Source of the DNA: a plasmid
Length of the DNA: 64,000 bases
Direction: 5' to 3' (one strand)
Sequence record: NZ_LR134445.1
Shown: one piece after another, positions 34,913 to 45,605 of the stretch
How the letters are laid out: every line of letters starts with the position of its first letter
How positions within the stretch are numbered: position 1 is the first letter of the stretch
Notes under the pieces: generated by a model
The model's database searches: none
What the model saw: only the letters and a program-made list of their open reading frames with translations
Told to the model about the DNA's origin: nothing
Position numbers and translations under genes: made by a program

Positions 34913-35941
34913 GTGGACCTCCCCGTGAACCCGCCGCTCGACCCGATGCTCGCCAAGGCCGCGAAAGCAGTGCCCGGCGAGGGCTACTCCCACGAGCCGA
35001 AGTGGGACGGCTTCCGCGCGCTGATCTTCCGCGACGGCGACGAGGTCTTCATCGGCTCCCGCAGCGGCAAGGACCTCGGCCGCTACTTCCCCGAGGTCGT
35101 CGCCGCGGCCCGGGCCGAGCTCCCCGAGCGCTGCGTGCTCGACGGGGAGATCGCCGTCGCCGTGCACCGCGAGGGCCGCAAGCGGCTCGACTGGGAATCG
35201 CTCTCCGCCCGCATCCACCCCGCCGAGTCGCGCATCACGAAGCTCTCGGAGGAGACCCCGGCGATCTTCATCGGCTTCGACGCGATCGCCATGGCCGACG
35301 TGGATCTCACCGGTAAGCCCTTCAGCGCGCGCCGTCAGGTGCTCGTCTCCGCCTACGCCGGCACCGGGACCTGCAAGATCAGCCGCGTCACCACCGATGC
35401 GGATGCCGCCGCCGATTGGTTCGAGCGGTTCGAGGGAGCCGGGCTCGACGGGGTGATCTCCAAGCGGGTCGACGGGCACTACCTGCCCGGCAAGCGGGAG
35501 ATGATCAAGGTCAAGCACGCCCGCACGGGCGAGGCCGTGGTCATCGGGTACCGCCCGCACAAGTCGCAGCCGAACGCCGTCGGCTCGGTGTTGCTCGGTC
35601 TCTACCAGGACGGGCAGCTGCTGCCGATCGGCGGCATCGGTGCCTTCACCGCCGCCAAGCGGGAGGAGTACCTGCAGCTCCTCGAGCCCATGCGTACCGC
35701 CGACTCCGTGCAGGGCGAGCCCAACCGCTGGGCCACCCCGGAGAAGACGGGGGAGTGGGTGCCCGTGCGCCCCGAGCTGGTCGTCGAGTTCGACTACGAC
35801 CAGATGGAGGGCATGCGCCTGCGGCACACCGCCAAGTTCAAGCGCTGGCGCCCCGACCGCGAACCGTCGAGCTGCGGCTACGACCAGCTCGAGGTCCCCG
35901 TCAACTACGACCTCGACGACGTCCTGCAGGAGGGGGAGTGA
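34913..35941 (+). CDS. ligC: ATP-dependent DNA ligase (LigC-type)
   Basis: Adenylation motif I EPKWDGFRA. N-terminus MDLPVNPPLDPMLAKA resembles my recollection of mycobacterial LigC. Motifs III-V present. Confidence 0.85.
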   Translation: MDLPVNPPLDPMLAKAAKAVPGEGYSHEPKWDGFRALIFRDGDEVFIGSRSGKDLGRYFPEVVAAARAELPERCVLDGEIAVAVHREGRKRLDWESLSARIHPAESRITKLSEETPAIFIGFDAIAMADVDLTGKPFSARRQVLVSAYAGTGTCKISRVTTDADAAADWFERFEGAGLDGVISKRVDGHYLPGKREMIKVKHARTGEAVVIGYRPHKSQPNAVGSVLLGLYQDGQLLPIGGIGAFTAAKREEYLQLLEPMRTADSVQGEPNRWATPEKTGEWVPVRPELVVEFDYDQMEGMRLRHTAKFKRWRPDREPSSCGYDQLEVPVNYDLDDVLQEGE

Positions 35942-37029
35942 TGGCCAAGGCCCCGGCAGCCGAGGTGATCGTCCCCGGGCCCGACGGTGACCGCCCCGTT
36001 CGGGTCTCGAGCCCCGACCGGATCATCTACCCCGCCACCGACCTCACGCCAGAGGTGTCCAAACTTCAGGTGGCGCAGTACTTCGCCGCCGTCGGCGAGC
36101 CGCTGCTCGCGGCCATCGGTGACCGCCCCACCGCGCTCGAACGCTGGCCCGGCGGAGTCCATCCCGGCGGCCGGCTCGCGCAGGGCCCGCAGGACAAGGA
36201 CGCCGACGGCTTCTACCAGAAGCGGATGATGAAGGGCGCGCCCGAGTACGCGCAGACGGTGCGCATCGCCTTCCCGTCCGGCCGCCCCGCCGACGAGCTG
36301 TGCCCCTCCGAGATCGCCATCCCGGTGTGGTGTGCGCAGATGGGCACCATCACCTTCCATCCGTGGCCGGTGCGCAGCGCCGATGTCGACCATCCCGACG
36401 AGCTGCGGATCGATCTCGATCCCCAGCCGGGCACCGACTTCCACGACGCGGTCCGCGTCGCGGGCATCGCCCGTGAGCTGGCGGACGACCTCGGCCTGCG
36501 GGCGTACTGCAAGACCTCCGGCAACCGTGGCGTGCACGTCTTCATCCGCATCGCGCCGCGCTGGGACTTCGTGGACGTGAGGCACGCCGCGATCGCGTTC
36601 GGCCGCGAGCTGGAGAAGCGCGACAGCGGCGTCACCACCGCGTGGTGGAAGGAGGAGCGGGGGGAGCGGATCTTCGTGGACTACAACCAGAACAGCCGCG
36701 ACCGCACCATCGCCTCCGCATGGTCGCTGCGCGCCGTGCAGGGCGCCACCGTCTCCACCCCGCTCACCTGGGATCAGCTGGCGGAGCTGAAGGACCCGCA
36801 CGAGCTCAACCTGTTCACCGTGCCCGAGCGCCTCGCCGACGGGAATCCGTGGGCCGACATCGACGAGGTCGCGCACGACCTCACACCCCTGTTGGATCTG
36901 TGGGAGCAACACCCCGTCGAGCTGAACTACCCGCCCGACTACCCGAAGATGCCCGGCGAGCCTCCGCGCGTGCAGCCCAGCAAGAAGGTCGCCGAGCACT
37001 GGGACGCCGAGGGCAACCGCATCGAGTAG
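35941..37029 (+). CDS. LigD-type primase-polymerase domain protein (PrimPolC/Prim-PolC)
   Basis: KTSGNRGVHVF signature of AEP/LigD-POL. Start overlaps ligC stop by 1 nt. Confidence 0.85.
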   Translation: MAKAPAAEVIVPGPDGDRPVRVSSPDRIIYPATDLTPEVSKLQVAQYFAAVGEPLLAAIGDRPTALERWPGGVHPGGRLAQGPQDKDADGFYQKRMMKGAPEYAQTVRIAFPSGRPADELCPSEIAIPVWCAQMGTITFHPWPVRSADVDHPDELRIDLDPQPGTDFHDAVRVAGIARELADDLGLRAYCKTSGNRGVHVFIRIAPRWDFVDVRHAAIAFGRELEKRDSGVTTAWWKEERGERIFVDYNQNSRDRTIASAWSLRAVQGATVSTPLTWDQLAELKDPHELNLFTVPERLADGNPWADIDEVAHDLTPLLDLWEQHPVELNYPPDYPKMPGEPPRVQPSKKVAEHWDAEGNRIE

Positions 37030-37077
37030 CCGATCACCGTCCACGCGCGGTTCACGGAGGTCTGGTAAGCACAGGGC

Positions 37078-38601
37078 ATGCGTTCGAACCGCCGCCTTGC
37101 CGTTGCCCTCGTCGCCGTCCTCGCGGGCGGTGCGCTCGCCGCCTGCTCCTCGGGCGGGGGCGAGGACGCCGCGAAGCTCGATCTGAAGACCGGCACGAAC
37201 TCGCCGCTCACCATCACCGCGGCGCAGCTCGCCGGACTGGCGCAGGGCGGCGCGGTCGTCGACGTCAAGCCCACTCCCGACGGCACCGTCGAGGCCGCGA
37301 AGGGCGGCGCCCTCGTCTTCAAGCCCAAGGCCGGGTTCACCGGCTCGGTGCAGCTCAAGGCCGTCGTCTCGCCGGCGGTCGCACTGTACTCGTCGAACAT
37401 CCCGCCGCTCGCCACCGTCGGCGGCGTCTCCATCGACGGCAGCGGCTACGGCTCGTCGTGGACGCCGGTCCCGGGCGCTCCCGGCGAGTTCTACGGCTTG
37501 ACCGACCGCGGCCCCAACGTCGACGGCCCGAACAAGGACGAGAAGGTCGCGGCCACCCCCGACTTCACCCCGCAGATCGGCCGGTTCAAGCTCGAGGACG
37601 GCGCCGCGGTGCTGCAGAGCGTCATCACGCTCAAGGGGCGCGACGGCCGCCCGCTCAACGGCCGGAACGACACCGCCGCGCCCACGGGCGAGAAAATGCT
37701 CGACCTCGACGGCGTCGAACTCCGGCCCACCGACCACGGCATCGACTCCGAGGGCCTCGTCGCTCTGCCCGACGGTTCCTTCTGGGTCTCCGACGAGTAC
37801 GGCCCCTTCCTCATCCACTTCGACGCCAACGGCCAGGAGCTCGAGCGACTCCTCCCGGGGAAGGGCCTGCCCGAGGTTCTCAAGAGCCGCACGCCCAACC
37901 AGGGCATGGAGGGCCTGACGGTGACGCCCGACGGCAAGCGGCTGGTGGGAATCATGCAGTCCGCCTTGAACGTTCCCGGTCTGAGCGGCAGCGCCAAGGA
38001 GGTGCCCGTCACCCGCATCGTCGCGATCGACCTCGCCACCAAGGCCGTCCAGCAGTACGCCTACCTCCTCGACAACCCGAAGGACACCAAGAAGGCCGTC
38101 TCCGAGATCACCGCGATCTCCGACACCGAGTTCCTCGTCGACGAGCGCGACGGGAAGGCCGCGCCCAAGGCGAACAAGACGATCTACCGGATCAGCCTCG
38201 ACGGCGCGACCCCGCTCGGCGAGCAGAACCCCGAGACCATCGCCGGCGTGACCGGCACCGCGGAGGCGGAGACCGCGCTCAAGGGCGCGGGCATCACACC
38301 GGTCCGCAAGACGGTGGCCCTCGACCTCAGCGGCCTCGTCGACAAGCTCAACCCCGCCGGGAAGTTCTTCGGCCACGACAAGGTGGAGGGCCTCGCCTCG
38401 CCCGACGGGGGCAAGACCCTGTTCATCGCCAACGACAGCGACTTCGGCCTGGCCGGCATCGCGGGGCCGAAGACGCCGTTCCAGCTCAAGGCGAAGGTCC
38501 TCGCCAACGGCCTGCAGGACAGCCTCGAAGTGCTCAAGGTCGACACCACCAAGCTGAACGAGCCCACCGCTGAGCGGACGATCACCGTCACCGTCGGGTG
38601 A
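37078..38601 (+). CDS. Lipoprotein of the esterase-like-activity-of-phytase family
   Basis: Signal peptide + lipobox LAAC. Beta-propeller-like repeats with DEYGPF, GMEGLTVTPDGKRL, ANDSDFG. Confidence 0.6.
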   Translation: MRSNRRLAVALVAVLAGGALAACSSGGGEDAAKLDLKTGTNSPLTITAAQLAGLAQGGAVVDVKPTPDGTVEAAKGGALVFKPKAGFTGSVQLKAVVSPAVALYSSNIPPLATVGGVSIDGSGYGSSWTPVPGAPGEFYGLTDRGPNVDGPNKDEKVAATPDFTPQIGRFKLEDGAAVLQSVITLKGRDGRPLNGRNDTAAPTGEKMLDLDGVELRPTDHGIDSEGLVALPDGSFWVSDEYGPFLIHFDANGQELERLLPGKGLPEVLKSRTPNQGMEGLTVTPDGKRLVGIMQSALNVPGLSGSAKEVPVTRIVAIDLATKAVQQYAYLLDNPKDTKKAVSEITAISDTEFLVDERDGKAAPKANKTIYRISLDGATPLGEQNPETIAGVTGTAEAETALKGAGITPVRKTVALDLSGLVDKLNPAGKFFGHDKVEGLASPDGGKTLFIANDSDFGLAGIAGPKTPFQLKAKVLANGLQDSLEVLKVDTTKLNEPTAERTITVTVG

Positions 38602-38641
38602 CGCGACCCGGCGGACCCAGCCGGAGACTAATTCACTCTTG

Positions 38642-38653
38642 ACTTATATAAGT
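38642..38653. promoter_or_regulatory. AT-rich perfect palindrome ACTTATATAAGT within an AT island (TTGACTTATATAAGTTGA), candidate ArsR operator/promoter
   Basis: Only AT-rich stretch in the region, ~25 nt upstream of the arsR-like GTG start. Confidence 0.4.
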
Positions 38654-38675
38654 TGAGGGTGAAATACTCGATCTC

Positions 38676-39026
38676 GTGCACGCCTTCGACATTCTCGGTG
38701 ACCCCGTTCGACGCCACCTGATCGAGCTCCTCGCTCGCGGTGAGCTCTCGGCGGGGGAGCTGAGCGATGACGTGCGTGCGCGCTTCGGCATCAGCCAGCC
38801 CGCGGTCTCCCAGCACCTGAAGGTGCTCCGGGAGGCGGGGTTCGTCACCGTCCGGCCGGAGGGCACGCGCCGCCTGTACGCGGTGCAACCCGAGCCGCTG
38901 CGGGAGGTCGACGACTGGCTGGTCCCGTTCCGGCACTTCTGGGAGCCCAAGCTGTGGGCCCTGGGGACGGAGATCTCGCGCGGCAAGAAGGCGCGCCGAA
39001 CGGCTACCGAGAAGGACGAACAATGA
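38676..39026 (+). CDS. ArsR/SmtB family transcriptional regulator
   Basis: HTH GELSAGELSDDVRARFGISQPAVSQHLKVLREAGFV. Confidence 0.85.
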   Translation: MHAFDILGDPVRRHLIELLARGELSAGELSDDVRARFGISQPAVSQHLKVLREAGFVTVRPEGTRRLYAVQPEPLREVDDWLVPFRHFWEPKLWALGTEISRGKKARRTATEKDEQ

Positions 39027-39664
39027 CGTACGACATCGACGATCTCGCTGCGGCCCAGCCCGCAGCGGTCACCCGGCGCGCCGAGGTGCGCGACAGCGGC
39101 GAGGGGGACGTGTACGTCTCCGGCTCGCTCAGCCAGACCTACCCCACCGACGTCGCCGACCTCTGGGACGCGGTCACCAGCGCTGAGCGTCTTCCCCGTT
39201 GGTTCGCCCCCGTCCACGGCGATCTCGCCCTCGGCGGCCGCTTCCAGGTGGAGGGCAACGCCGGCGGCACGGTCCTCGAGTGCGACGCCCCGCGCCGCTA
39301 CCTCGTCTCGTGGGAGATCATGGGCGGCGCCTCGCAGGTCGAGGTCGTCGTCGAGCCCGACGGTGACGGCGCCCGCCTCACGCTCACCCACTCGGGCGAG
39401 AACGTGCGGGACTTCTACGAGCAGTTCGGCCCCGGCGCCACGGGCGTCGGCTGGGATCTCGCGTTCCTCGGCTTGAACGCGCTCCTCACCACCGGGCAGG
39501 ACCGCCCCGAGGACGCCGAGGCGTTCTTCGCGACGCCCGCGGCCAAGAACCTCGTCGCGGCGGCGGCGAAGGCGTGGGCCGAGGCCACGATCGCCGCCGG
39601 CGTGCCCGCGGATCAGGCGAACGCGCAGGGCGAGCGCACCGCCGCCTTCTTCGCGGGAGAGTAG
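39023..39664 (+). CDS. SRPBCC family protein (AHSA1/Aha1-like)
   Basis: ATGA overlap with arsR stop. 213 aa beta-grip fold pattern. From memory, this pairing with ArsR is very common. Confidence 0.75.
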   Translation: MTYDIDDLAAAQPAAVTRRAEVRDSGEGDVYVSGSLSQTYPTDVADLWDAVTSAERLPRWFAPVHGDLALGGRFQVEGNAGGTVLECDAPRRYLVSWEIMGGASQVEVVVEPDGDGARLTLTHSGENVRDFYEQFGPGATGVGWDLAFLGLNALLTTGQDRPEDAEAFFATPAAKNLVAAAAKAWAEATIAAGVPADQANAQGERTAAFFAGE

Positions 39665-39668
39665 CCGC

Positions 39669-41192
39669 TCAGGCCGCGGCGGCGGCCACCACCGGCTCGT
39701 CCGCGGCGGGCTCGACCGCCTCGGGCTTCTCCTCGGTCGCCGCCGGAGACGTGGTCTTCTCGGCCGCGCTCGCGGCGGGTGCGGACGTCTCCTCCGCGCT
39801 CGTCTCCTCCGCCGCCGTGCCGGGCGCGACCGGTTCGGTCGCACCCGCCGGCCCGCTCGGCTCGACGGTGCCGGTCGGCGCGGCCGGTGCAGTCGTCGGG
39901 GACGGATCGGACTGCGGCTCCGTGGTCTTCGGCTCCGCGGTCTTCACGAGCTGCAGCACCGGCGCCTGCTCCTGCGTCGTCTGCGGCGCGGAGGTCTCCG
40001 TGGTCTTCGGGGCGGTCGTATCCGCGGCGTCGGTCGTCGCCGGGGCGGCGGGCTTGGGCGCGAGGAACTTCGACGCGTCGCCCGTGCCGGTCGCGGCCTG
40101 CCCGACACCCTGCACAGCGGCGCCGATCAGGTCCACGCCGAGGCGCAGCGGGTCGAGCACGGGGAACAGCCCGAAGGGACTGGCCGCGCCGTAATCGCGA
40201 CGGTCGTAACCGGTCTCGATGAGCACGCGCGCCACCGGCGAGACCAGATCGACGAAGGGCGTCACCAGTCCGGTGGTGCCCGTGGCCTTGCCGAGATCGA
40301 GCAGCGGCAGCATGAGCGGGAGGATCTTCGCCGGCAGTGTCACGTAGCGGGTGTCGCCGCTCACCTGGCAGTAGGTGCCGGCGGAGCAGTTCGCGGTGGC
40401 GGCCTCGACGGCCGCGCGGACCTCGTCCGGGGTGTAGCCGATCGGCGTGGCCGACGGATCGTCGGAGCCCTTGGGGGTCAGCATCTTCCCGTGCACGTAC
40501 CAGAACCCGGCGAGTGCGTTGGCCGTCGCGAGCAGGTTGGCCGGGTACTTGGGGAAGTCGGTGACGCCGTCGTACTGGAAGCCCACGTCAGTGGTGTTGA
40601 CGGGGCGGGTAGGGGTGCCCGTGTTCGTGGGCGTGCCCGGGCCGAAGGTCACATCGAGGATCGGGGTGTGGCCGAGGAACGACGGCCGGGTGAAGAACCC
40701 GCCGTTGGGGCGGCTCGCGTTGCCGATGAGCACGAAGGAGACGTTGTCGGGGACGCCGCCGTTCTCGGCCAGCTGCTTCTTCACCGCCGTGACCACCGTG
40801 CCGCCCTGGGAGTACCCGAAGATCACGATCGGGGAGTCCTTGTCGGCGGCGGCGTACTGCTCGTTCAGGCTGGTGACGCCGCTCGCCACAGAGTCGTCCC
40901 ACTTCGCACCCTCGAGCCCGCCCCAGCCGGAGAGCGGGATCGGCCAGAACTCGGCAATGTAGGGCACGGGCTTCGCGACGCAGGCGGTCGCGCCGCACGC
41001 GCCCGTGGGCTGCACGTAGTAGCCGATGACGTTCTCCTGGTACCCCGTCACCTTCGACGGATCCTTGGTCCCCGTCCCGGGGACGACGAGCACCGTCGTG
41101 GCCGCCCAGGCGACTGCGGACGTGAAGGTGAGGGCGATCGCACCGAACAGTGCGACCAGGACGTAGCCGAGCTTGCGGGCGGTTTCGCGCAT
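39669..41192 (-). CDS. PE-PPE domain-containing secreted serine hydrolase-like protein with disordered Pro/Thr/Ala/Glu-rich C-terminal tail
   Basis: Signal peptide MRETARKLGYVLVALFGAIALTFTSAVAWA. GYSQGG nucleophile elbow. Last ~150 aa low complexity. Confidence 0.7.
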   Translation of the reverse strand: MRETARKLGYVLVALFGAIALTFTSAVAWAATTVLVVPGTGTKDPSKVTGYQENVIGYYVQPTGACGATACVAKPVPYIAEFWPIPLSGWGGLEGAKWDDSVASGVTSLNEQYAAADKDSPIVIFGYSQGGTVVTAVKKQLAENGGVPDNVSFVLIGNASRPNGGFFTRPSFLGHTPILDVTFGPGTPTNTGTPTRPVNTTDVGFQYDGVTDFPKYPANLLATANALAGFWYVHGKMLTPKGSDDPSATPIGYTPDEVRAAVEAATANCSAGTYCQVSGDTRYVTLPAKILPLMLPLLDLGKATGTTGLVTPFVDLVSPVARVLIETGYDRRDYGAASPFGLFPVLDPLRLGVDLIGAAVQGVGQAATGTGDASKFLAPKPAAPATTDAADTTAPKTTETSAPQTTQEQAPVLQLVKTAEPKTTEPQSDPSPTTAPAAPTGTVEPSGPAGATEPVAPGTAAEETSAEETSAPAASAAEKTTSPAATEEKPEAVEPAADEPVVAAAAA

Positions 41193-41276
41193 GACGGTGC
41201 GACCTCTCGTGTTCAGGTTGCGCTCAGTTTCGCACGACTCGTCTCGTTGTGCTTGCGAACTCAATCGGCGCGGGGG

Positions 41277-42119
41277 CTACCGCCCGGCGGCGGCCAGGAC
41301 GCGCTCCGCGCGGTCGGGGAGCAGGTGCCCCGCACCGGGCAGCAGGGTGACCGCGTCGTCGCCGAAGACGGCCCGCGCGTGCGCGGCGGCCCGCGGACCG
41401 TCGAGCATCTTGTCCCGGTCGCCGAACGCGGCGGTGACCGGCGCGGTGATGCCGGACAGGGCCTCGTCGGCGAAGACGGGTAGGCCGTCGGTGCGCGGCC
41501 GGAAGGCCCGGAACGTGAGGTCGCTGAACGCGGCGAGGTCGCGCTCGAGGCCCGGCTCGTCCGACGGCGTCCAGCCCGTGAAGTAGCGCATCGCGGCGCG
41601 CCGGCCGGGCGCGCCCAGCAGGCTCAGCAGGCCCGCGACCAGGAGCGGGGCCGTCCGGCGCGGCCCGAGACCGCCCGGCACGAGCAGGCCCAGCGACCGC
41701 ACGCGCGACGGGTGCTCGGTGGCGTAGTCCAGGGCGACCCAGCCGCCGAGCGACTCGCCGATCACCGCGGCGCGCGGCGCGCCCAGGGCGTCGGTCACGC
41801 CCGCGAGCCAGGCGGCGTGCGCCCCGGGCTCCAGCGGCAGCCGTTCGACGACGGTGCCGCCCGGCTCGCCGGGGAGGTCCAGGGCGTGCACGCGATGGGA
41901 CTGCGCCAGCAGGGGGATCTCCGTCGCCCAGTTCAGCGACGTGCCGCCCGAGCCGTGCAGGAGCACGACCGTGGGCGCACCGTCGGGCCCGGCGCTGAGG
42001 ACGTGCGTCCCGTCGACGACGGTGCGCTCCACGTCCGGCAGGTGCGCCGACAGCAGCCGGTCGTACTCCTCGCGCACCGCGCGGCCACCCTCGTCGTTGC
42101 GGAATCGGTCGTCGGTCAT
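41277..42119 (-). CDS. alpha/beta hydrolase
   Basis: HGSGG oxyanion region, GESLGG nucleophile elbow, 280 aa from MTDDRF. Confidence 0.75.
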   Translation of the reverse strand: MTDDRFRNDEGGRAVREEYDRLLSAHLPDVERTVVDGTHVLSAGPDGAPTVVLLHGSGGTSLNWATEIPLLAQSHRVHALDLPGEPGGTVVERLPLEPGAHAAWLAGVTDALGAPRAAVIGESLGGWVALDYATEHPSRVRSLGLLVPGGLGPRRTAPLLVAGLLSLLGAPGRRAAMRYFTGWTPSDEPGLERDLAAFSDLTFRAFRPRTDGLPVFADEALSGITAPVTAAFGDRDKMLDGPRAAAHARAVFGDDAVTLLPGAGHLLPDRAERVLAAAGR

Positions 42120-42204
42120 CGCGCCCCCTCGTTCCGGTTCAGTCTGGCAGGCGCGAAGACCCCGGGGCGAGGCGCGACCGTGGTCTACTGGTCGCGTGTT
42201 CGAG

Positions 42205-42645
42205 ATGGAGCGCGACCCGGCGATCGTGGAGCTCGACCGCTTCGTTCCGCGAGCCCCGGCAACGGTCTGGCGCGCCCTCACCGAGCCCGACATCGTGGAG
42301 CAGTGGCTGGTGCGGTCCGTCGGGCTCCGGCCCGCGGAGGGCACGACGTTCATCCTGGAGATCCCGTCGGACCCGCCGGGGGAGGTGTCCTGCGAAGTCA
42401 TCAACGCCGTTCCCGCCGAGCGCTTCACGCACAGCTACACCGACCTCCGCGCCCCGCGTCCGGCGCGGTGGATCGTGGATTGGCGGCTGGTCCCGGAGGG
42501 CAAGGGCACCCGCGTCGTGATGACCATGTCGGGTTTCGACGCCGGCGACCGCAAGCAGATGTTCGCCCGCAACGCCGTGGAACGCGGCTACCGCAACACG
42601 CTGATCCCCAAGCTGGCCGACGCCGCCCTAGCGCTCGACGTCTGA
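42205..42645 (+). CDS. SRPBCC family protein
   Basis: 146 aa from MERDPAIV. AHSA1-like beta-grip pattern (WRALTEPDIVEQWL). Confidence 0.7.
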   Translation: MERDPAIVELDRFVPRAPATVWRALTEPDIVEQWLVRSVGLRPAEGTTFILEIPSDPPGEVSCEVINAVPAERFTHSYTDLRAPRPARWIVDWRLVPEGKGTRVVMTMSGFDAGDRKQMFARNAVERGYRNTLIPKLADAALALDV

Positions 42646-42667
42646 CCGACGCCCCGCGGATACAGGA

Positions 42668-42700
42668 ACGGCCCGTGACCAACAGAGCTGGTCACGGGCC
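42668..42700. terminator. Hairpin CCCGTGACC-AACAGAGCT-GGTCACGGG between SRPBCC gene and tRNA
   Basis: 9-bp perfect inverted repeat. Confidence 0.45.
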
Positions 42701-42706
42701 GTTCCG

Positions 42707-42795
42707 TGGCGGAGGATAGGGGATTTGAACCCCTGAGGGCTATTAACCCAACCCGCGTTCCAGGCGAGCGCCATAGGCCACTAGGCGAATCCTCC
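42707..42795 (-). tRNA. tRNA-Ser (anticodon GGA)
   Basis: Reverse complement gives GGAGGATTCGCCTAGTGGCC...CGCCTGGAACGCGGG...GGTTCAAATCCCCTATCCTCCGCCA. Long variable arm, CCA encoded. Confidence 0.85.
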
Positions 42796-42886
42796 GTGGA
42801 CCACTGTAGACGAAGGCCCCCGTCGACCCAAACCAGCCCGGACCCGTATAGTGGTCCACGGACTCCGCGCGGCGTCCATCCTGTGA

Positions 42887-44272
<1,386 letters not shown>

Positions 44273-44300
44273 GGCGCGCCTGAGCAGGAGGATCGCGCCG

Positions 44301-45605
44301 GTGGCGGACGAGAACAGCCGGCGGTTCCCCCGGCAGTGGTGGGTGCTGGCCCTCTTCGCGGTGTCCGCGGGCGTGGCGGTGTGGCAGCAGTTCGTGCGGA
44401 TCCCGTTCTCCACGCCGATGTACGGGCTCTTCCACAACCAGATCGACGCCGAGGTCTACCGCAAGGGCGGGGAGATCGTCGCGCACGGGGGCGACGGGCT
44501 GTACGACGGTCCGCTGCTCAACGGCATCCTGCCCTTCACCTACACCCCGTTCGCGGGCGTGCTGTTCGTGCCGCTGAGCTGGATGTCGACCGACGTGCTG
44601 CGGTGGGTGTGGTCGATCGCGGTGCTGCTCGCGCTCCTCGCCTGCATCCTCATCGCCTTCCGGCTCGTCGGCTTCGTGCGCGACGGCCGCGTGTGGTTCG
44701 CGGCGATCTGCCTCACGCTGGTCGCGACGGTCCTCGAGCCCGTCCGCACGACCCTCTGGTTCGGCCAGATCAACGTCTTCCTGATGCTGCTCCTGCTGTG
44801 GGACCTCGGCCGCCCCGCGGGGTCGCGGTTCAAGGGCTTCAGCATCGGCATCGCCGCGGGCATCAAGCTCACCCCGCTCTTCTTCCTCGCCTACCTCGTC
44901 GTCACGCGGCAGTGGCGCGAGGCCCGCACGGCCCTCGCGACCCTGGCCGGCACCGTCGTGATCGGTTTCCTGGTGATCCCGCAGGAGTCGTGGCAGTACT
45001 GGTCGGGCACGTTCCTCGACGCGAATCGCGTCGGCGAGCCCAACCAGGTCGGCAACCAGTCCATCAACGGCCTCATCGCCTTCCTGACCAACGCGGAGAA
45101 GCCGTCGACGGTCGTCTGGCTTGCGGTCGCCGTCCCGGCCGCGCTCGCGGGCCTCGCCATCGCGGCCTGGGCGTTCCGGCGCGGCGTGGTCCTGCTCGCG
45201 GTCACCGTCGTGGGGCTCACGGCCTGCGCGGTCTCGCCCTTCTCGTGGGGCCACCACTGGGTGTGGATCGTGCCGCTCCTGGTCCTCCTCCTCGCCCTGG
45301 CGATGCTGACCGACGACCCGCGCCGGCGGGTGCTCGCGCTGCTCGCGGCGGCCGGTCTCGTTGCGGCGACCTTCATCTGGGTCACCTACTTCCCGACGCT
45401 GCAGCCCACCGGGGTCGAGGACGTCCACGACACGTACGCGATCGGCATCTTCCTGCGGCCGATGGACAACCCCGTGCTCAAGGCCCTCGCGGGCGGCGTC
45501 TACGTGTGGATCTTCGTCGCGACCCTGATCGGGTCGGCCTGGTACCTGCGGAGTACGGACGGGTCCGTGCCGGCGAGCGCGGAGCCGGCCGGCCGTGCAG
45601 CCTGA
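44301..45605 (+). CDS. GT87/DUF2029 family membrane glycosyltransferase (alpha-1,2-mannosyltransferase-like)
   Basis: ~10 TM helices. First periplasmic loop with DxD-like DAEVY and LPFTYTPFAG. Confidence 0.7.
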   Translation: MADENSRRFPRQWWVLALFAVSAGVAVWQQFVRIPFSTPMYGLFHNQIDAEVYRKGGEIVAHGGDGLYDGPLLNGILPFTYTPFAGVLFVPLSWMSTDVLRWVWSIAVLLALLACILIAFRLVGFVRDGRVWFAAICLTLVATVLEPVRTTLWFGQINVFLMLLLLWDLGRPAGSRFKGFSIGIAAGIKLTPLFFLAYLVVTRQWREARTALATLAGTVVIGFLVIPQESWQYWSGTFLDANRVGEPNQVGNQSINGLIAFLTNAEKPSTVVWLAVAVPAALAGLAIAAWAFRRGVVLLAVTVVGLTACAVSPFSWGHHWVWIVPLLVLLLALAMLTDDPRRRVLALLAAAGLVAATFIWVTYFPTLQPTGVEDVHDTYAIGIFLRPMDNPVLKALAGGVYVWIFVATLIGSAWYLRSTDGSVPASAEPAGRAA

